Source: Vicugna vicugna (lineage: Eukaryota). From it: a stretch of DNA of 64,000 bases. The notes below the pieces were generated by a model. It had not been told where the DNA came from. It searched no databases and was given only the letters and a program-made list of their open reading frames with translations. This document shows positions 48,001 through 60,665 of this stretch, in pieces. A program made the translations under genes and the position numbers. Numbering within the stretch: position 1 is the first letter of the stretch; every line of letters begins with the position of its first letter. The DNA lies in NCBI GenBank assembly GCA_013265495.1, contig MU058781.1, positions 8,847,009 through 8,911,008 on the forward strand, written 5' to 3'.

Positions 48001-51000
48001 AAGGGAGTGGCCGTCTGGTGGAGCTGGACTGTATGACACATGAATGGGAGCCCATATGTTCTAACTCTGTGGGGTCAGCTTTCTGGGGCAGCATACAACA
48101 GGGCCGAGAGGGCAGGAATGGCTGGCTGGGGCAGGGAACAGAATAATTAGCACAAATTCTAAATCTGGACATATTTAGAAGTTTACTAAAAAGAATATTT
48201 TCCCCTAGTGGTTATTACTACACTCACTAGCCATGCTTACTTTCATTACCGTCCCTTTGTTAATTAATTCAAGCTTCACAGAATTTTCTGAATCTATCAG
48301 TTAGAAGAACTGTAAATCTAAACCTTTAAGAGACTAGATGTACTCTGAAAAAGCTGACTTTCCTCTTGTATCTCAAAAATCTCCTTTTTGTACAGATCTG
48401 AAAATCCTTTTGAAGTGGTCATTTTTCTTAAACAGCCCAAACACGCCATAGTACCTTAAAGGTTTAGTTGGAAAGTGGCCGGTTTATAAAGCTTTTCCCC
48501 TATCAGTTTTACCCTGAATCCTCACTTTCCTCATCAGTGAATAAATAAAGTACTAATTGTCCAGTATATGCAGCACTGATTTGGGGAGCAGCAACTAGGA
48601 GTAGATACTCAGGAATGAGTGTATTCTCACTTCAGCTTCTACCTTGAGAGCTGAGTCTACACGAGCTGCTTGTACATGTAGATCATGTAAAATGCTATGA
48701 GTTAACTAGGCGTTTGTTGATAATGCTGATAATCAGGAATTTCACTCAGCAGTTAGCTTTTTTCTTTTTATACAGTTACCCTCCTGGAGAATGGGCACTG
48801 TTCTCAGCAGCTCACCGGTAAGCTTCACGCTGATGGTGAAAAGCCAGCCTAGAAATGAGCACCTTGTAGAATATAGGGAACATTTAATTAACTTTCATTC
48901 TTTTATTTTTTGTGTGTTTAATCTCTTGCTAAACATTGATGAACTTCATAATTCCTGGAGGATTTAATTAATTTTAACTTTTGGGAGCATGTCTGTAAAA
49001 AATGGAATCAGAACAGTATTATGCCTACAGAAACCATTTCTTGGAGAAATGCGAAGTATGGTTAAAACGTGGGGGACTGAGCCATGTAAACCAATGTCAG
49101 TCAGTAGACATGCCATATAATTTTCTCTATTTTGATGTCTTCTATTCCATTTTTTCTGCCCATGTGTGACGGTTTTAATGTTTTACATGGAGGAGTTGTA
49201 AAAAATTAGTGTAGTTTCAGTGGCTGATTTTGTGCAACAAACATTAAATCAGTTCCCATGAACAGCCCCCTGGTGCAACCCTTAATAAATGCAGACTTTA
49301 TTTTTAGTAATGACCTTTCGTAATGTGAGCCTTGATCCATCAAGATGCTCTTCACTTTTGATGCATCTCCAAATCCCTTTTTTTATGCATTTTAAATCAA
49401 CACACGCTTGCTCTGAATTTATGCATGTGGATAGACGGAGATGTAATTTAAACACATCTGTTCAAATATGCATTTCAGATCAACTTGGTGCCGGTTCTCA
49501 TAATACGATGGAGTTTTTGACGGGTATTATATCCCTAAAGTACACAACAGATGGTATTTATTAGAGAATGAATAGAAATGAAGTTTAAGGATGTTGAGCT
49601 TTTTGTCTTAAGTCATTCATTTTTTAGTCATAAAACAATAATGGCCTGAAGTCCTGTGCCCCTGTGATAAAGCTTGGCTTGAGACTGTTCTCTTTTAGAT
49701 GAACGTCTCTTAGTCAAGTTGAGATTAAAAATATTTTTTTTGTTGAGTAGTCACCGTCGTGGAGAAAGTTAGATAAAAAAGGGATACGGTAAGTAATGGA
49801 CTATTAACAATTAGATAGCAGCTGCAAACAATACTTTACACATCATATAAATAATGGATTTAAATAGTTTGGAGAGCTTCATTAAAAATTGTCATCACTT
49901 TAGGCGTATGTCAATGAACAGTTTCAGATTTATTAAAAAAATACTGTTCTACTTTGGGATCCTTATTTCAATGCTAAAAATAAGATTTCTTTATTAATCT
50001 TCAAAGCTAATCTTTCCTCCCCCAAATATAATATATCCCCAAAAATGGGTGACCAAAAATTAGTGTAAAGAAATTCATTGCCTTTCAGATTTACCATTTT
50101 CAATTGTGAGTTAGACCTAAATGACTGTCATTTCAGCAAATGTAGAAAAATATGACATAAACACACATCACTCTCTCCCTGATTGCTTGCGCTCCTTACT
50201 CTTTCTAGCATCACACCCTGCTGTACCTTCATGTTCACTCCTGCCGGTGAGAAGTTGACAAGAATGCAGTTGCCCATGTGATGATTATCCTTTGATAGGA
50301 GAATACTGAGTATTGCAAAGTTTTCAGAGCTGAAATAACTAACTTTTAGCATTTATTTCCTGCTCCAGAATTTATAACATTGGGAACCAGTTCCAAAGAG
50401 CTGAATCAAGATAAGAAACAAAATCTATATATGCATGCCTTTTTCTTGCATTTGATAGGAAGCTATATTCTCACGTCTATAATCAGATGCAAGTAAACCA
50501 GTCTGAGATTACTTGTGAGCTATTATTGACTTCTATAAACAGCACCACAAATAAGTCTTTTTTCTCAGAGATTTAGATGGAAGGAGTGCTAAAGGAAAGC
50601 AGTGATTTGTAAGGTAACCTGCAGTTATGTTAGGCAGTAATAGGAAACATTTTAAAATATTTGAAATAATATAATTGCTTTGCACTGGGAACACGTACAT
50701 GAATAAAAGATGTTAGCAGGTGTCCTGCTAGTATGGGATCTCACGCTGTTGTATTTATTGGAAATATGCACACCATCACCAGATTTAAATTTGTAAAAAG
50801 TAATTGAAACAGAAGGTTTGAATAAAAAACTCAGGCTTAAAATCATGTAACCCCTTTAAACTGAATTTCCAATTTAATAAAATAGAGTTTTTGTATCATG
50901 TTACCTTTCAGTCTTAGATTTTTCACTGTTACTCTGAAAGCTATATTTTTCTTGGTGTTTCAGGTTTTTTCCTTTAAAATGCTTTAATGGACAACATACA

Positions 51001-51542
51001 ATGATGACCTATAATGTATGATGTGTCCATTGCATGATTTGATAAAGGTTTTTGTAGCATGTATAATATTTGATGATTAGGAACTTAATGTTTAATGTCT
51101 CTCCTGGTTATAATTTTTATGGTGAATAGCATACAGACTTGTAAACATCCCATTATTATAGTCAGTGTGCAAAGACACATTTCCTCATTATTTCATGTTC
51201 ATCAGTACAATTGATTTTAATACAATAAATTACGTGATAACACAGTTTTAGCTTTAAATAAATTAATAGTCATATGCTAGAATGGATTTTTGCTTTCTAG
51301 TGGAATTATTTTTCTTCTTTTGCTCTGATTTTAATCCCTTAATGTTTTTAACTGCCAGGGAAATTTAGAGTCAAGGTGCTCAAGTCTTAATCCATTTTGA
51401 GAGACTGCACCTCCCTCTCTAGCATTTCTTTATCATGTGGTCCTTGTGTTTATCTTTTAACTTCATCTTTCAATTTTCCTACCCACTGTACACCACTGCT
51501 ACCACCATTTACCCCATCCCTGCTCCTGTACTGACAAACACT

Positions 51543-52010
51543 TTTTGTTCTGTTGGTGTACAACATTATAAAAGTTTCAGGTGTACAATGTAATGGTTCA
51601 ATATTTGTATATATTGTGAAATGATCACCACAATAAGTCTAGTTAGTATCCGTTCCCCATACATATTTACAGATTTTGTGCGTGTGTATGATGAGGAGTT
51701 TTCAAAAAGATCTACTGTCATTAACATATCCATTCCCTCCCAAAGGTTCCTCATCCCCTTTTGTAATCCAGTCTGCTCTTCTCCCCCAAGAACTACCCTA
51801 CCCGGGCAACCACTAATCTTCTTTCTGTCAACGTAGATTAATTTACATTTTCTATAATTTTCTGTAAGTGAAATCATACTGTATGCACTGTTTTTATTTG
51901 TCTTCTTTCTCTTAGCATAATTATTTTGAGTCATATATGTTTAAAAAAATCTACTCTCTTAGCAGCTTGCAGATACTATAGTCGTGGTGCTGTAGATTTC
52001 CTCCCCGTGT
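51543..52010 (-). mobile_element. L1MA9-like 3' end containing an L1MC/MD-like insert (51717-51942)
   Basis: gtttcaggtgtacaatgtaatggttcaatatttg...aagatctact | insert | ctcttagcagcttgcag. Confidence 0.75.
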
Positions 52011-52620
52011 TTTCAGTTCCACGCTGTGGACGGGGGAGATGAAACCTAGATGTAACCTGGGCCCTGCCCTCACTGCACTTGGAGCTCATCAGTTACACAA
52101 GGAGCACTTCTTTAGTGATGCTGGATACTCTGGTAGGGTGTTCTGGATTAGTGGTCTCACTTTCCTTCCAGTCACTTCCAGATTTAACACCCTAGAGTCA
52201 CACTGGCTCCCGGTCTTCACTGTCTCCGCTGCCTTCCTCCTTCACCTGCTTCCACTCTGACCAGTCTGATCAGTCACAGAGGATCATACCTCATACCGCC
52301 TCTCACACCCCTCCCCCCTTTCCATCTCCACTTTCCCCATCCTAGCCAAGCCTGTCACTGTCTCATGCTCTGGCATCTCTCTCTCATCCAAGTCGTTTCT
52401 AAAGTATTGCCAGAGCCACCATGTTGATGCTCCTCACAGAAGCCTCTGGTAGCTCCTTTCTGCCAAACGTCAGCGTGCTGATCACACGTTTTTAACTGGA
52501 ACTTTCGACACACCCTTTCGTGCATACTATATCCTGTGGTGGTGTTTGTTGTTTCTTTTCTGCCTGAATGCCTTTGCTCTTGCTTTTCATTGTGTTGAAG
52601 GTCTTCCCTTCTCCTTGTGT

Positions 52621-53058
52621 CTGTGTTGTTCAATACAAGAGCCTCATCTGTCTGCTGAGCACGTGGAAAGGAGCAAATCCAAACTGAGATAAGCTGTGAG
52701 TGTGAAACATACACCGGCTTTCAAAGACTTGGTAGGAAAAAAAGAATGCGACATAGCTCATTAATTTTTCATACTGATGGCATGTTGAAATGATAATATT
52801 TTGTGTGTATTGGGTTAAATTAAATAGTGTTAATTTCACCTATTTCTTTTTAAATGTGACTACTAAAATACTTAAAAGTACATGTATTGCTCATGTTTTA
52901 TATATATTTGGGGGGGGTGAGGTGATTAGGTTTATTTATTTATTTAATTTGAGGAAGGTTCTGGGGATCAAACCCAGGACCTCATGCATGCTAAGCATGT
53001 GCTCTACCACTGAGCTGTACCCTGCCCAGCTCATGTTATATTTTAATTGGATGGTGCC
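52621..53058 (-). mobile_element. MER33 (hAT-Charlie), interrupted by a SINE
   Basis: catacaccggctttcaaagacttggta...catgttgaaatgataatattttg...ttaatttcacctatttctttttaaatgtgactact. Confidence 0.8.
52902..53028 (-). mobile_element. tRNA-Ala-derived camelid SINE (vic-1 type)
   Basis: Minus strand reads GGGCAGGGTACAGCTCAGTGGTAGAGCACATGCTTAGCATGCATGAGGTCCTGGGTTTGATCCCCAG, with A box, AGC anticodon loop and degenerate B box, followed by (TAAA)n CCTAATCACCTCACCCCCC; TSD gctcatgttttat (52889-52901) / gctcatgttatat (53029-53041). Confidence 0.85.
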
Positions 53059-53221
53059 CTCCTGTGTGGTTCTGTCCTCCGAGCTCATCTGTCACTCTCA
53101 TGAAATCTTCTTGCATCTCTCCCCTTCTGCATTGCATCACTGTAGGATTTACTTACAATGTTCATTTATTCATTGTGCCAGGGAATTGATTATTTATTAA
53201 GAGATAGTATATACACTGAGT

Positions 53222-53460
53222 GAAGTGCTCAGAATTGGGAACCAGGATACATAGGTTCAAATCACAGCTCTGACACTAATTCAGTGACCTGGGGGAAGTC
53301 ACGTAACCTTTCTGAGCTTCAGTTTTCTCATCTGCAAAATAGAGATAATAGTAGTACCTATCTTATGGAAGTCCTGGGAGGATTAAATGAGTTAATATAT
53401 GGAGAACACTCAGAACACTGCCTGTCATAAAGTGCAATGTAAATGTTTCAATAACTACTA
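53222..53460 (+). mobile_element. MIR, near full length
   Basis: ggttcaaatcacagctctgacact...gtgacctgggggaagtcacgtaacctttctgagcttcagttttctcatctgcaaaatagagataatagtagtacc...gaggattaaatgagttaata. Confidence 0.9.
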
Positions 53461-55861
53461 AAAGTACTCCTTCTCCTGCTTCTGGTGTGCACCTAACTTA
53501 TCCCTAACTGCAGTCTTTGAAGGCAAATAGAGTGTCTTCCTGTCTTTATATTGCACAGTGCTAAGACGTAGGGGGTCCTCCTTTTATGATATTGATTAAG
53601 TTGATTATCGATTTAATTGACAATATGGATTGAATTGAATTTTCCTTGGGAAATCATCAAAGTCCAAAGTGACTCTTCTGCTTGAATTTTTCAAAAAGAG
53701 AGATTTCAGTAGGAGAGCGAACTATGTGAACATTTACGATTCTTTCAGCCCCCTGAAATCTGTGTTACAACGGTTCTTTATTCATTCTCTTTCTGCTGTC
53801 CTGGGGGATACTTCCTAGGCGATGCTCCTGGAGATACTTCCAACATTGCCCTTCTCTCCTTTCATAAAGCGTTTGGACTCACTTAATAATATGTCACATC
53901 TGCATATTTTCACCATTTGTCTCTGCGCTCTCTTACCTCTGAAGATAATTCATCATCCTGATTTTAGTGGCAATACGTGCTTTTCCATTTTGGTAACTCA
54001 GTGTCATGTTCTCATGATTTTCTGTTACATTCAGTTTGTTTATGTTAACATTTTATGAAAGTGTCATCATACAGTTAAAAACAATTCTTATTGAATGTTG
54101 CCTAGAGAATGTGACTTATGTTCAGAAGGAAATAGCTGTGTGTAGGAGGCCAGCTGTCACTGACTACACAGACCTGTGTCTTGGACCTTTAGGTGTGATG
54201 AGATAGCCATTGGGTGTGTTTTACTGCCTGGGGTTTCTTCATTTGCTTTTTTGATCAGAAATTGGTTTTGTTCAAGCTGTTTGCTAAAGGAAGTGTTCGT
54301 GGACGTGTTCGTGGTCTTTGGAGCTGCGTACGAACTGAAACGGGATGTAAATTCTGGTGATGCCACATTGTTTCTGTTCATTTCAGCAGATTCTGCATTA
54401 GGAGGTGACAGTCTGGGGCTCTGTGTATCCTGTCACGAGCCTCTGCAGTTTTTCCTTGTATCCTTTCTCCCCACCCCCGACCCCCAACCCATGTTATTCC
54501 TAATTTCATGTTCTCTCAGGCTCATAGTCCCGCTTATTCTGCCACCTGGCCCTTCCCGCTCTTCTCCCTGGTATAGTATTGTATCTGCACTCTCGGTCAC
54601 ATCCCTGTTTTTGCCTCCGCTGGTGACGGGAACTGCTGCGTAGCCCTCCAGTGTCCTCTGGTTCTGTTTGGCCCCTTAGTTGTAGGTATTCAGTTCTTAG
54701 AGGTTGGACTGAGTCAAACTGTCTCTGAATCAGGCTTTCAGCTGGTAGATCTGACCACCCCGATACCTGTCTGATAGACACCTGCACTCTGCTGTTTATG
54801 TTGGTTGTCACAGATAAAAAAATTTCTCCTTTACTGGCCCCTCTAAGATCACAGCATAAAAACCTTTGGTGTGGGCTGTGGTTCCTGAGAATTAATCATT
54901 TTAGCAGCTTTGAGAGGCAGTAGTCAGTGTTCAAATCCTGATTCCTCTATACAAATTCTTGGTTTCTCTGAAACTCTGCAAAGTAAATATATCACCCCCT
55001 TTTTTTTCAGAGAGTTGTTTTGATGTCTGTGAAACAACACAGAGAAAGAAGTATCAGCGTGTGACCCTTTGTGGCTCTTTATAGCTGCTAGTTGGATCTG
55101 AATTATATGAAAGACAGAGATTCTTTGGTTTCTGTGCCAGGCTGTGAACTGTCCGGGACTTGGAATCAAGCACCATCATGATTATCTAAATATTCCTCAG
55201 ATTCTTTTGCCAAAAATGATGTAATTGGGGCTACTTTCTAGACCTTGCATGGTTTGGGACATGATATGAAGTGTTAAAAATTAACAAGATCGTTTGTTTT
55301 CTCACTGCCTCTCGGAGCCAAGGGCTAATTCTGTCTACTAATGTTTCTAGTCTCCTGGGGGCCTGTCTCTCCTTCTCATTTGGCACCGCTGAAGATGTGT
55401 GTGATAAAATCTGAGCTTTCATGAATATCTTTTCCTGGCTACTGGCGCAGATGCATTATCTGGTGAGGATTTTTTTTCCCTACAATTCTTTTCCTTGACT
55501 GAGGATAAATACCAGAGGAACACACCAGGAGTCAGAAAACAAAATCCCAGGCCTTCTCTCCTGTTGACTCGTGCTGTGACTGTGGACAGGTGACCTCATC
55601 CTTGGTGTCCTTGTTTTTTAACATGAGTAATCATCAAATAACCGAGGAATGGCTGAGCTGATAATGTGAAGTGGGTATTTTTGTCATTTAGTAGCTGTGG
55701 GGTCATCAGGTGACACTCAAGCTTCCAGATGAGTCTCATAATCAAGTCGAGTCTGTGATGACACCTGGTAGTTATTGCTTCTGAGAAAGGAGGCCTTTTG
55801 GAATAATTGTACGTGGCATTATTTGATATTCACTGCCCTCCATCAATGGGAGGCAGTTTGT

Positions 55862-56075
55862 CACTCAAGATCACAGACTCTGAAAACCGACAGATCCAGC
55901 CTAGTCCTGTTGCTGTGTGACCTTAGGCAAGATACTTGATCTCTGTGCTTCTGCTGCCACATCTATGAAATGGAGAAAATATTGCCCAACTCATTAACTG
56001 CTTTGATGATTAAATGAGTCAGTGTGTTAAAAGCACTTGAAAGAGTGCCTGACACAGAGTAAGTTTTCACTAAGG
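55862..56075 (+). mobile_element. MIR
   Basis: gctgtgtgaccttaggcaagatacttgatctctgtgc...gattaaatgag...aagcacttgaaagagtgcctgacacagagtaag. Confidence 0.85.
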
Positions 56076-57269
56076 TTCAGAGAGGCCAGTGCCAGAAAAT
56101 GCCACAAATCAACTTGCTGTTGAGCTAGTTCATGTGTGACTAGTTAGGTCTGTCTTTTGCCCTCAGCAGTGACTTTGGAGATTGATGTAGTGTCCTGATG
56201 CTCCCTGATGTAGTCACTCTGTTCGTGGGGTTTGGGATGTTCCTTAGTTTAGGATCAGCTACCACCCACATCAAAGCGATGCCCAGCGTCCCAGCACTGC
56301 ATGAGAAGCGGGCTGCCTCCGGGGAGCTGCTGTGGCAAGAACTCAGTCAGGGTCCTCGCTATCAGGCAGAGCCTCAGAGTGTCATAAGGACTGGTGCAGC
56401 ATGACTTAGCCCCTGCTGCGTGGCTGTGGAGGGCTGGGGATCAGCCACAGCAGACAGACCAGCTGGGCATGGCCGGAGACAGAATGGAACTGCCCTTTTG
56501 GAGGTAGACATTTGGGCCAAACAGGTGATCGAAACGGCAGTGTCATAAGAAACGACAGGCCTTTCACATAAAAGCTCCAGTGTCTAGTGAACAGTTACAT
56601 TTCATGTGATTTTCCTGGGCCACTGCTGGCTCTCTGCCGCCGCAGCCCTCATAGGTGTCGACTGTCCAGAACCTTGTGGAGAACATACCATCCAGTTGCG
56701 AAGCAATTTTCGAACGATGGGACTCACCACCTTCAAAAATACAGGAGGGCAACTGTAACGCAGAATTAGAGTGAAAACTCTCCTTCCGAGTCTCATAAAT
56801 CTTACTTGAGGGATTCCAGCTTGAACCCCTTTTCCCTAAATTTTAAACCGAAAGTGGCAAATAAACTCAGGTCATTTAAAATAAGCTTTGATCTCTTGTC
56901 AGTGTTTTAGTTATTTCTAGAAATCACACTTGAAGGTAAAACAACTGTTAGTCAACTAATACACTTTTTAAAGTGCTCGCTTGAGAGCGATGCCCCTGTC
57001 GTAAGCAGGACAGGTAAGCTCCAGTGTCTTGGCAGCATCTGCGGAGCCTTCACCCCAAAGAGAAGCTTGTCCCTTCCCGAGCCCTGTGGACCACCCCTTC
57101 TCTTCCCCTGCCAGGTAGATGAAGGCTAGCAGTTCATTTCTAGGACTTGAAAATGCTGAGACTGATAAATCAAAACAGGGATTAATTTTTAGTACCTATG
57201 CGTAAAGCCTGTTGTTTGACTGAGTTCATCTGCTCATCACCCCTGTCTTTTTTCTCAGTCTCCCTTGCC

Positions 57270-57690
57270 CGTCACCTTTAATTCAGTGAAGACCTTTTGA
57301 GCCTCAGCTGTCTGCGGGCTGTTGTCTCCCTGCTGCAGAGTGTAAAAATATGAAAATGACCCCCTCCTAGTCCCACCAGTGCTTGTGGTTTACTAGGAAG
57401 CGTAAGAGCAGAAAACACGCATGCTCAAGCTGCCAGGTAGATTAGAATGGGACCTTCACAGAAGGTGTAAAGGGAGGGCTGTGACTCCATGGTACTGAGA
57501 GAGGAACAGGAGAGATGAGGAGAGAGCTCAGGAGCAGTTTTGTCGGAGAGGTGGGTCACGGGGGACACATCGCGTGCACAGGTGCTAATAGGTTGCGTGC
57601 CAAGATGCCTCAGGGAGAAGCTATTATGATTTGAATTCTTTCACGAAGACTTTGGTGATAATGGGAAGATTGATTGGGTTGTAGAGAGTA
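57270..57690 (-). mobile_element. L2 fragment
   Basis: aattcagtgaagacctttttgagcc...; degenerate purine-rich body. Confidence 0.4.
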
Positions 57691-57765
57691 CCGTCTGCCC
57701 CCTGACCCTGCGCACTCACCCTCGAGTGTCGCTAGGAGTACTTGCCAAAAATCAGAGTCACGGAC

Positions 57766-58002
57766 CTGGTTGTTTAAAATATCTGTGGGTAATGAATAGT
57801 TTTGCCTTTTGGATCATCCCCTCTCGGTTGCAACTGTCACCATTACTCACTTTGTTCATGTAGCCAAAGCCAAAGCCAAAGTTCGTGTAGTATTTAGGTC
57901 TATATCTAAATGAAGAGGTGTGGCTGAGTTCCAATAAAACTTTATTGACAAAAATAAGCAATGGCTAAATTTGGCCCGTGAGCCATAGTTTGCCAACCCA
58001 TG
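57766..58002 (-). mobile_element. MER58A (hAT-Charlie)
   Basis: gtgtggctgagttccaataaaactttatt...tttggcccgtgagccatagtttgccaacccatg. Confidence 0.8.
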
Positions 58003-60184
58003 ATCTGATTTTTAGGGTAAACTGAATTCAAACAGAACAAAACATGAGTTCAGCTAATAAGGAATAAAGAAAGTAATTGTAATACTACAGCTATATTTTG
58101 ATTTTAGGATTTTTGGTGCTCATGCTCTCTGTATTTTTTCAGTATTTTTTATGATGCTATTGTACAAATTGCATTTGAGGATGGCGTAGACTTGAAATGT
58201 GCTATCTCTGAGTACCAGTTCTTGATGATGACAACACTTCTATTAAAAGTAAAAATTTACCTAGTTTCTTATTTATAGTGTGGACTGGATTTTCAAGGCA
58301 ACTGCATGATGACTATAAATTTATAATTTATTCTTCCTGAGACCCAATGTTTAGTCACCTTCCAATTATGCTTTCTTATTAAAGAATGCTCTGATCTGGG
58401 TTTGAGTCTTTAAAATTTCAATAAGTGATTTTTTTTTTCAAAGTTTAATTTTAAAAGATTTAAGCAACTTGCCCAACTTTGTAGTTTTTGCCCTGTCCTG
58501 ATATTCATTTAATTGGTTCTGCTAATGTGAATGCCCTTTCAAATATGAAAAAAATAAAGCAAGAGGGAAAAGTTGATTATTTCTGTAATTGGATTTTCTC
58601 TTGAATAAAATGATTTCACCCACTTTATCTTTCTGACTTAGCAGATGCGGGTGGGGGACCAGTTTTCGTTCATATTGTAGTCAGAAGCAGACAGAAGGTA
58701 TAGTCTGTTCCAAGGTATCAGAATAGCATATTGGTTTTGGTTGTAATTAATTATTGATGCTGAATATACTCTGGCCCCTGCTTTCATTCCCAAATCTAAA
58801 TTTCCACTGTGTGCAAAATAATTCCATCCAGGAAGAATTCTAATTACTTTAGTAATTATCGTCTTATCTCTAAATGGAATTCAGACATGTGCTGCAGTTT
58901 ATGAATGTTAGAAATGTTTCATTTCCTTTTCACCTTGAATAACAGAAAAATACACATTACTGAATCTGGCTTCATTGAACCTTATAATTCATGTTACCAT
59001 AGAAACAGAAAAACTCATATAAGAATTGTGTTAACAGTACCATAGACAGTAAATACCTTCACGTTAACCAGCAGTATCATAAAATGATTTTAATAACAGA
59101 TGTGTAAAAGTTCTGTGAAATTTAATATGGTTCCTTTTAAATATTGTAACAATATTATCCAGTTTGCTTACTTTTAATTTTTAAAGCAATATCTTTGGTC
59201 TTATGTAAGGCTTTGTGCTTACTCTAAAATATTTGCTATGGAAAGCAAGAATAGTGTTACAGGATAAAAAACTTACTTAATGTAGTATTTATTTAGTTTT
59301 TAGTTAACTGTGATGATTCATTTGATTTTTGCTTGAAGCCAAACTGCATATTCTGGATTTATACCTGGTTTAGAAATGTAATGGATGACACTAAATTCTT
59401 TGGTGTCACCTGCATCTGCTTGTCCCTCTCTCTTCTTCTTCTTCTTTTTTTTTCTTCTTTTTTTTGCTTTTTGGTCTGTTTGACAACCTGTTTTCTTTCT
59501 GAGTTTCAGAAGCACTTTTTCCCATATGCTTGATCAGTTATCACAGGTGTTTAATAGTTATCTATTTTTTACCATTTTAAATCCTAATTTCTCAGAATTT
59601 CTAGAAATTTGCAAAGTTTTAGCAAATCCTTTGTCATTTTATGCATCTACTTCTTCCTTTCCTTGTCTCATACATTCTACTTTTTTTACTTCAAAAAAGT
59701 AAAATGTATCAAATTTAAACAGGAAACCATCTGGATTTTTTTCAGCTTATGAAAAGGTTTTATTACTTTAAAAGAGAAGGAATAATTTAAAAAACTAATT
59801 GCTGCTAAATTTTTCTCAGAGAGAGGCCTTGAAAAGCTATCCTTGATTATAAATGTCATTTAAAATTAATATGTGGATTATATGTTAACATGTAGATTTT
59901 GTCTACTATTGAAAGTAATTTCTTCAAACAAGTAGGTTTAAACTGTTCTCTTAAGGTCAGAAATTTTATGTATTCTACCTTGAAAAAGATGACAGTTGTT
60001 CATTTGTAAGAATACATTTATATTCTTACTGTATTCAGTTTCCCAAAAATTGGGTTGAGTTTTTTCTAAATCCATCGTTTTACCATTTGTCTAATTTTAT
60101 TACTTTATTCTCAGAGAATGTGATCTGTGTAAATGTGATCTCATTAAGGTGGCAGAATATGGACATTGGTGAGTTTGAGTGTTT

Positions 60185-60595
60185 TGTTCAGGGTCCTGTT
60201 AGGATGAAAAACTATGGTAGCTATTTCTACCAGGAGATATTTAATATAGGAAATTTGTTACGTAGATGTTGGAAGGCTGGAAAAGCAAAGACTGGGAGAT
60301 GCGGTCACCAGAGAACACTAACTGCTGAGAGCAGTTACTGCCACCAGGGCTGAGAACAGCAGGAAGAAGAACCAGAGCACAGAGCAGGGGGTTGCTACTT
60401 CAGGGGCAGGAGGTAATCACTTAGAGGAACACATGCTTCTACCTGCTCCCACCTTCTGATCTCCTGTCCATGCCTCCTTTCTCAGGAGCTAACAGGAAGG
60501 CAGCTGCTAAAGGACTCGAATATATTTTATGGGCTTTTAGCCCCAGTATTACCGTGTACAGTATATGAGGCTAAGACACATTAGGAATAACAGCA
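60185..60595 (-). mobile_element. Old MaLR LTR (MLT1M/N-like)
   Basis: tttaatataggaaatttgtta...ctcccaccttctgatctcctgtccatgcctcc...aacaggaaggcagctg. Confidence 0.55.
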
Positions 60596-60665
60596 GTTTT
60601 CATCCTCTGCAAAGTAATATAATAATGGATAGAGTGGGACCCATTTTATATTACTGATTTTCTAA

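Noticed and set aside
52950..53028. tRNA-Ala(AGC) gene on the minus strand
   Set aside because: Degenerate B box, SINE tail and TSD show it is a SINE head
56973..56982. GTGCTCGCTT, identical to the U6 snRNA 5' end
   Set aside because: The match stops after 10 nt, consistent with chance
57095..57120. Second AG|GT juxtaposition (cttctcttcccctgccag|gtagat)
   Set aside because: The regenerated donor GTAGAT is weak, unlike the site at 38073
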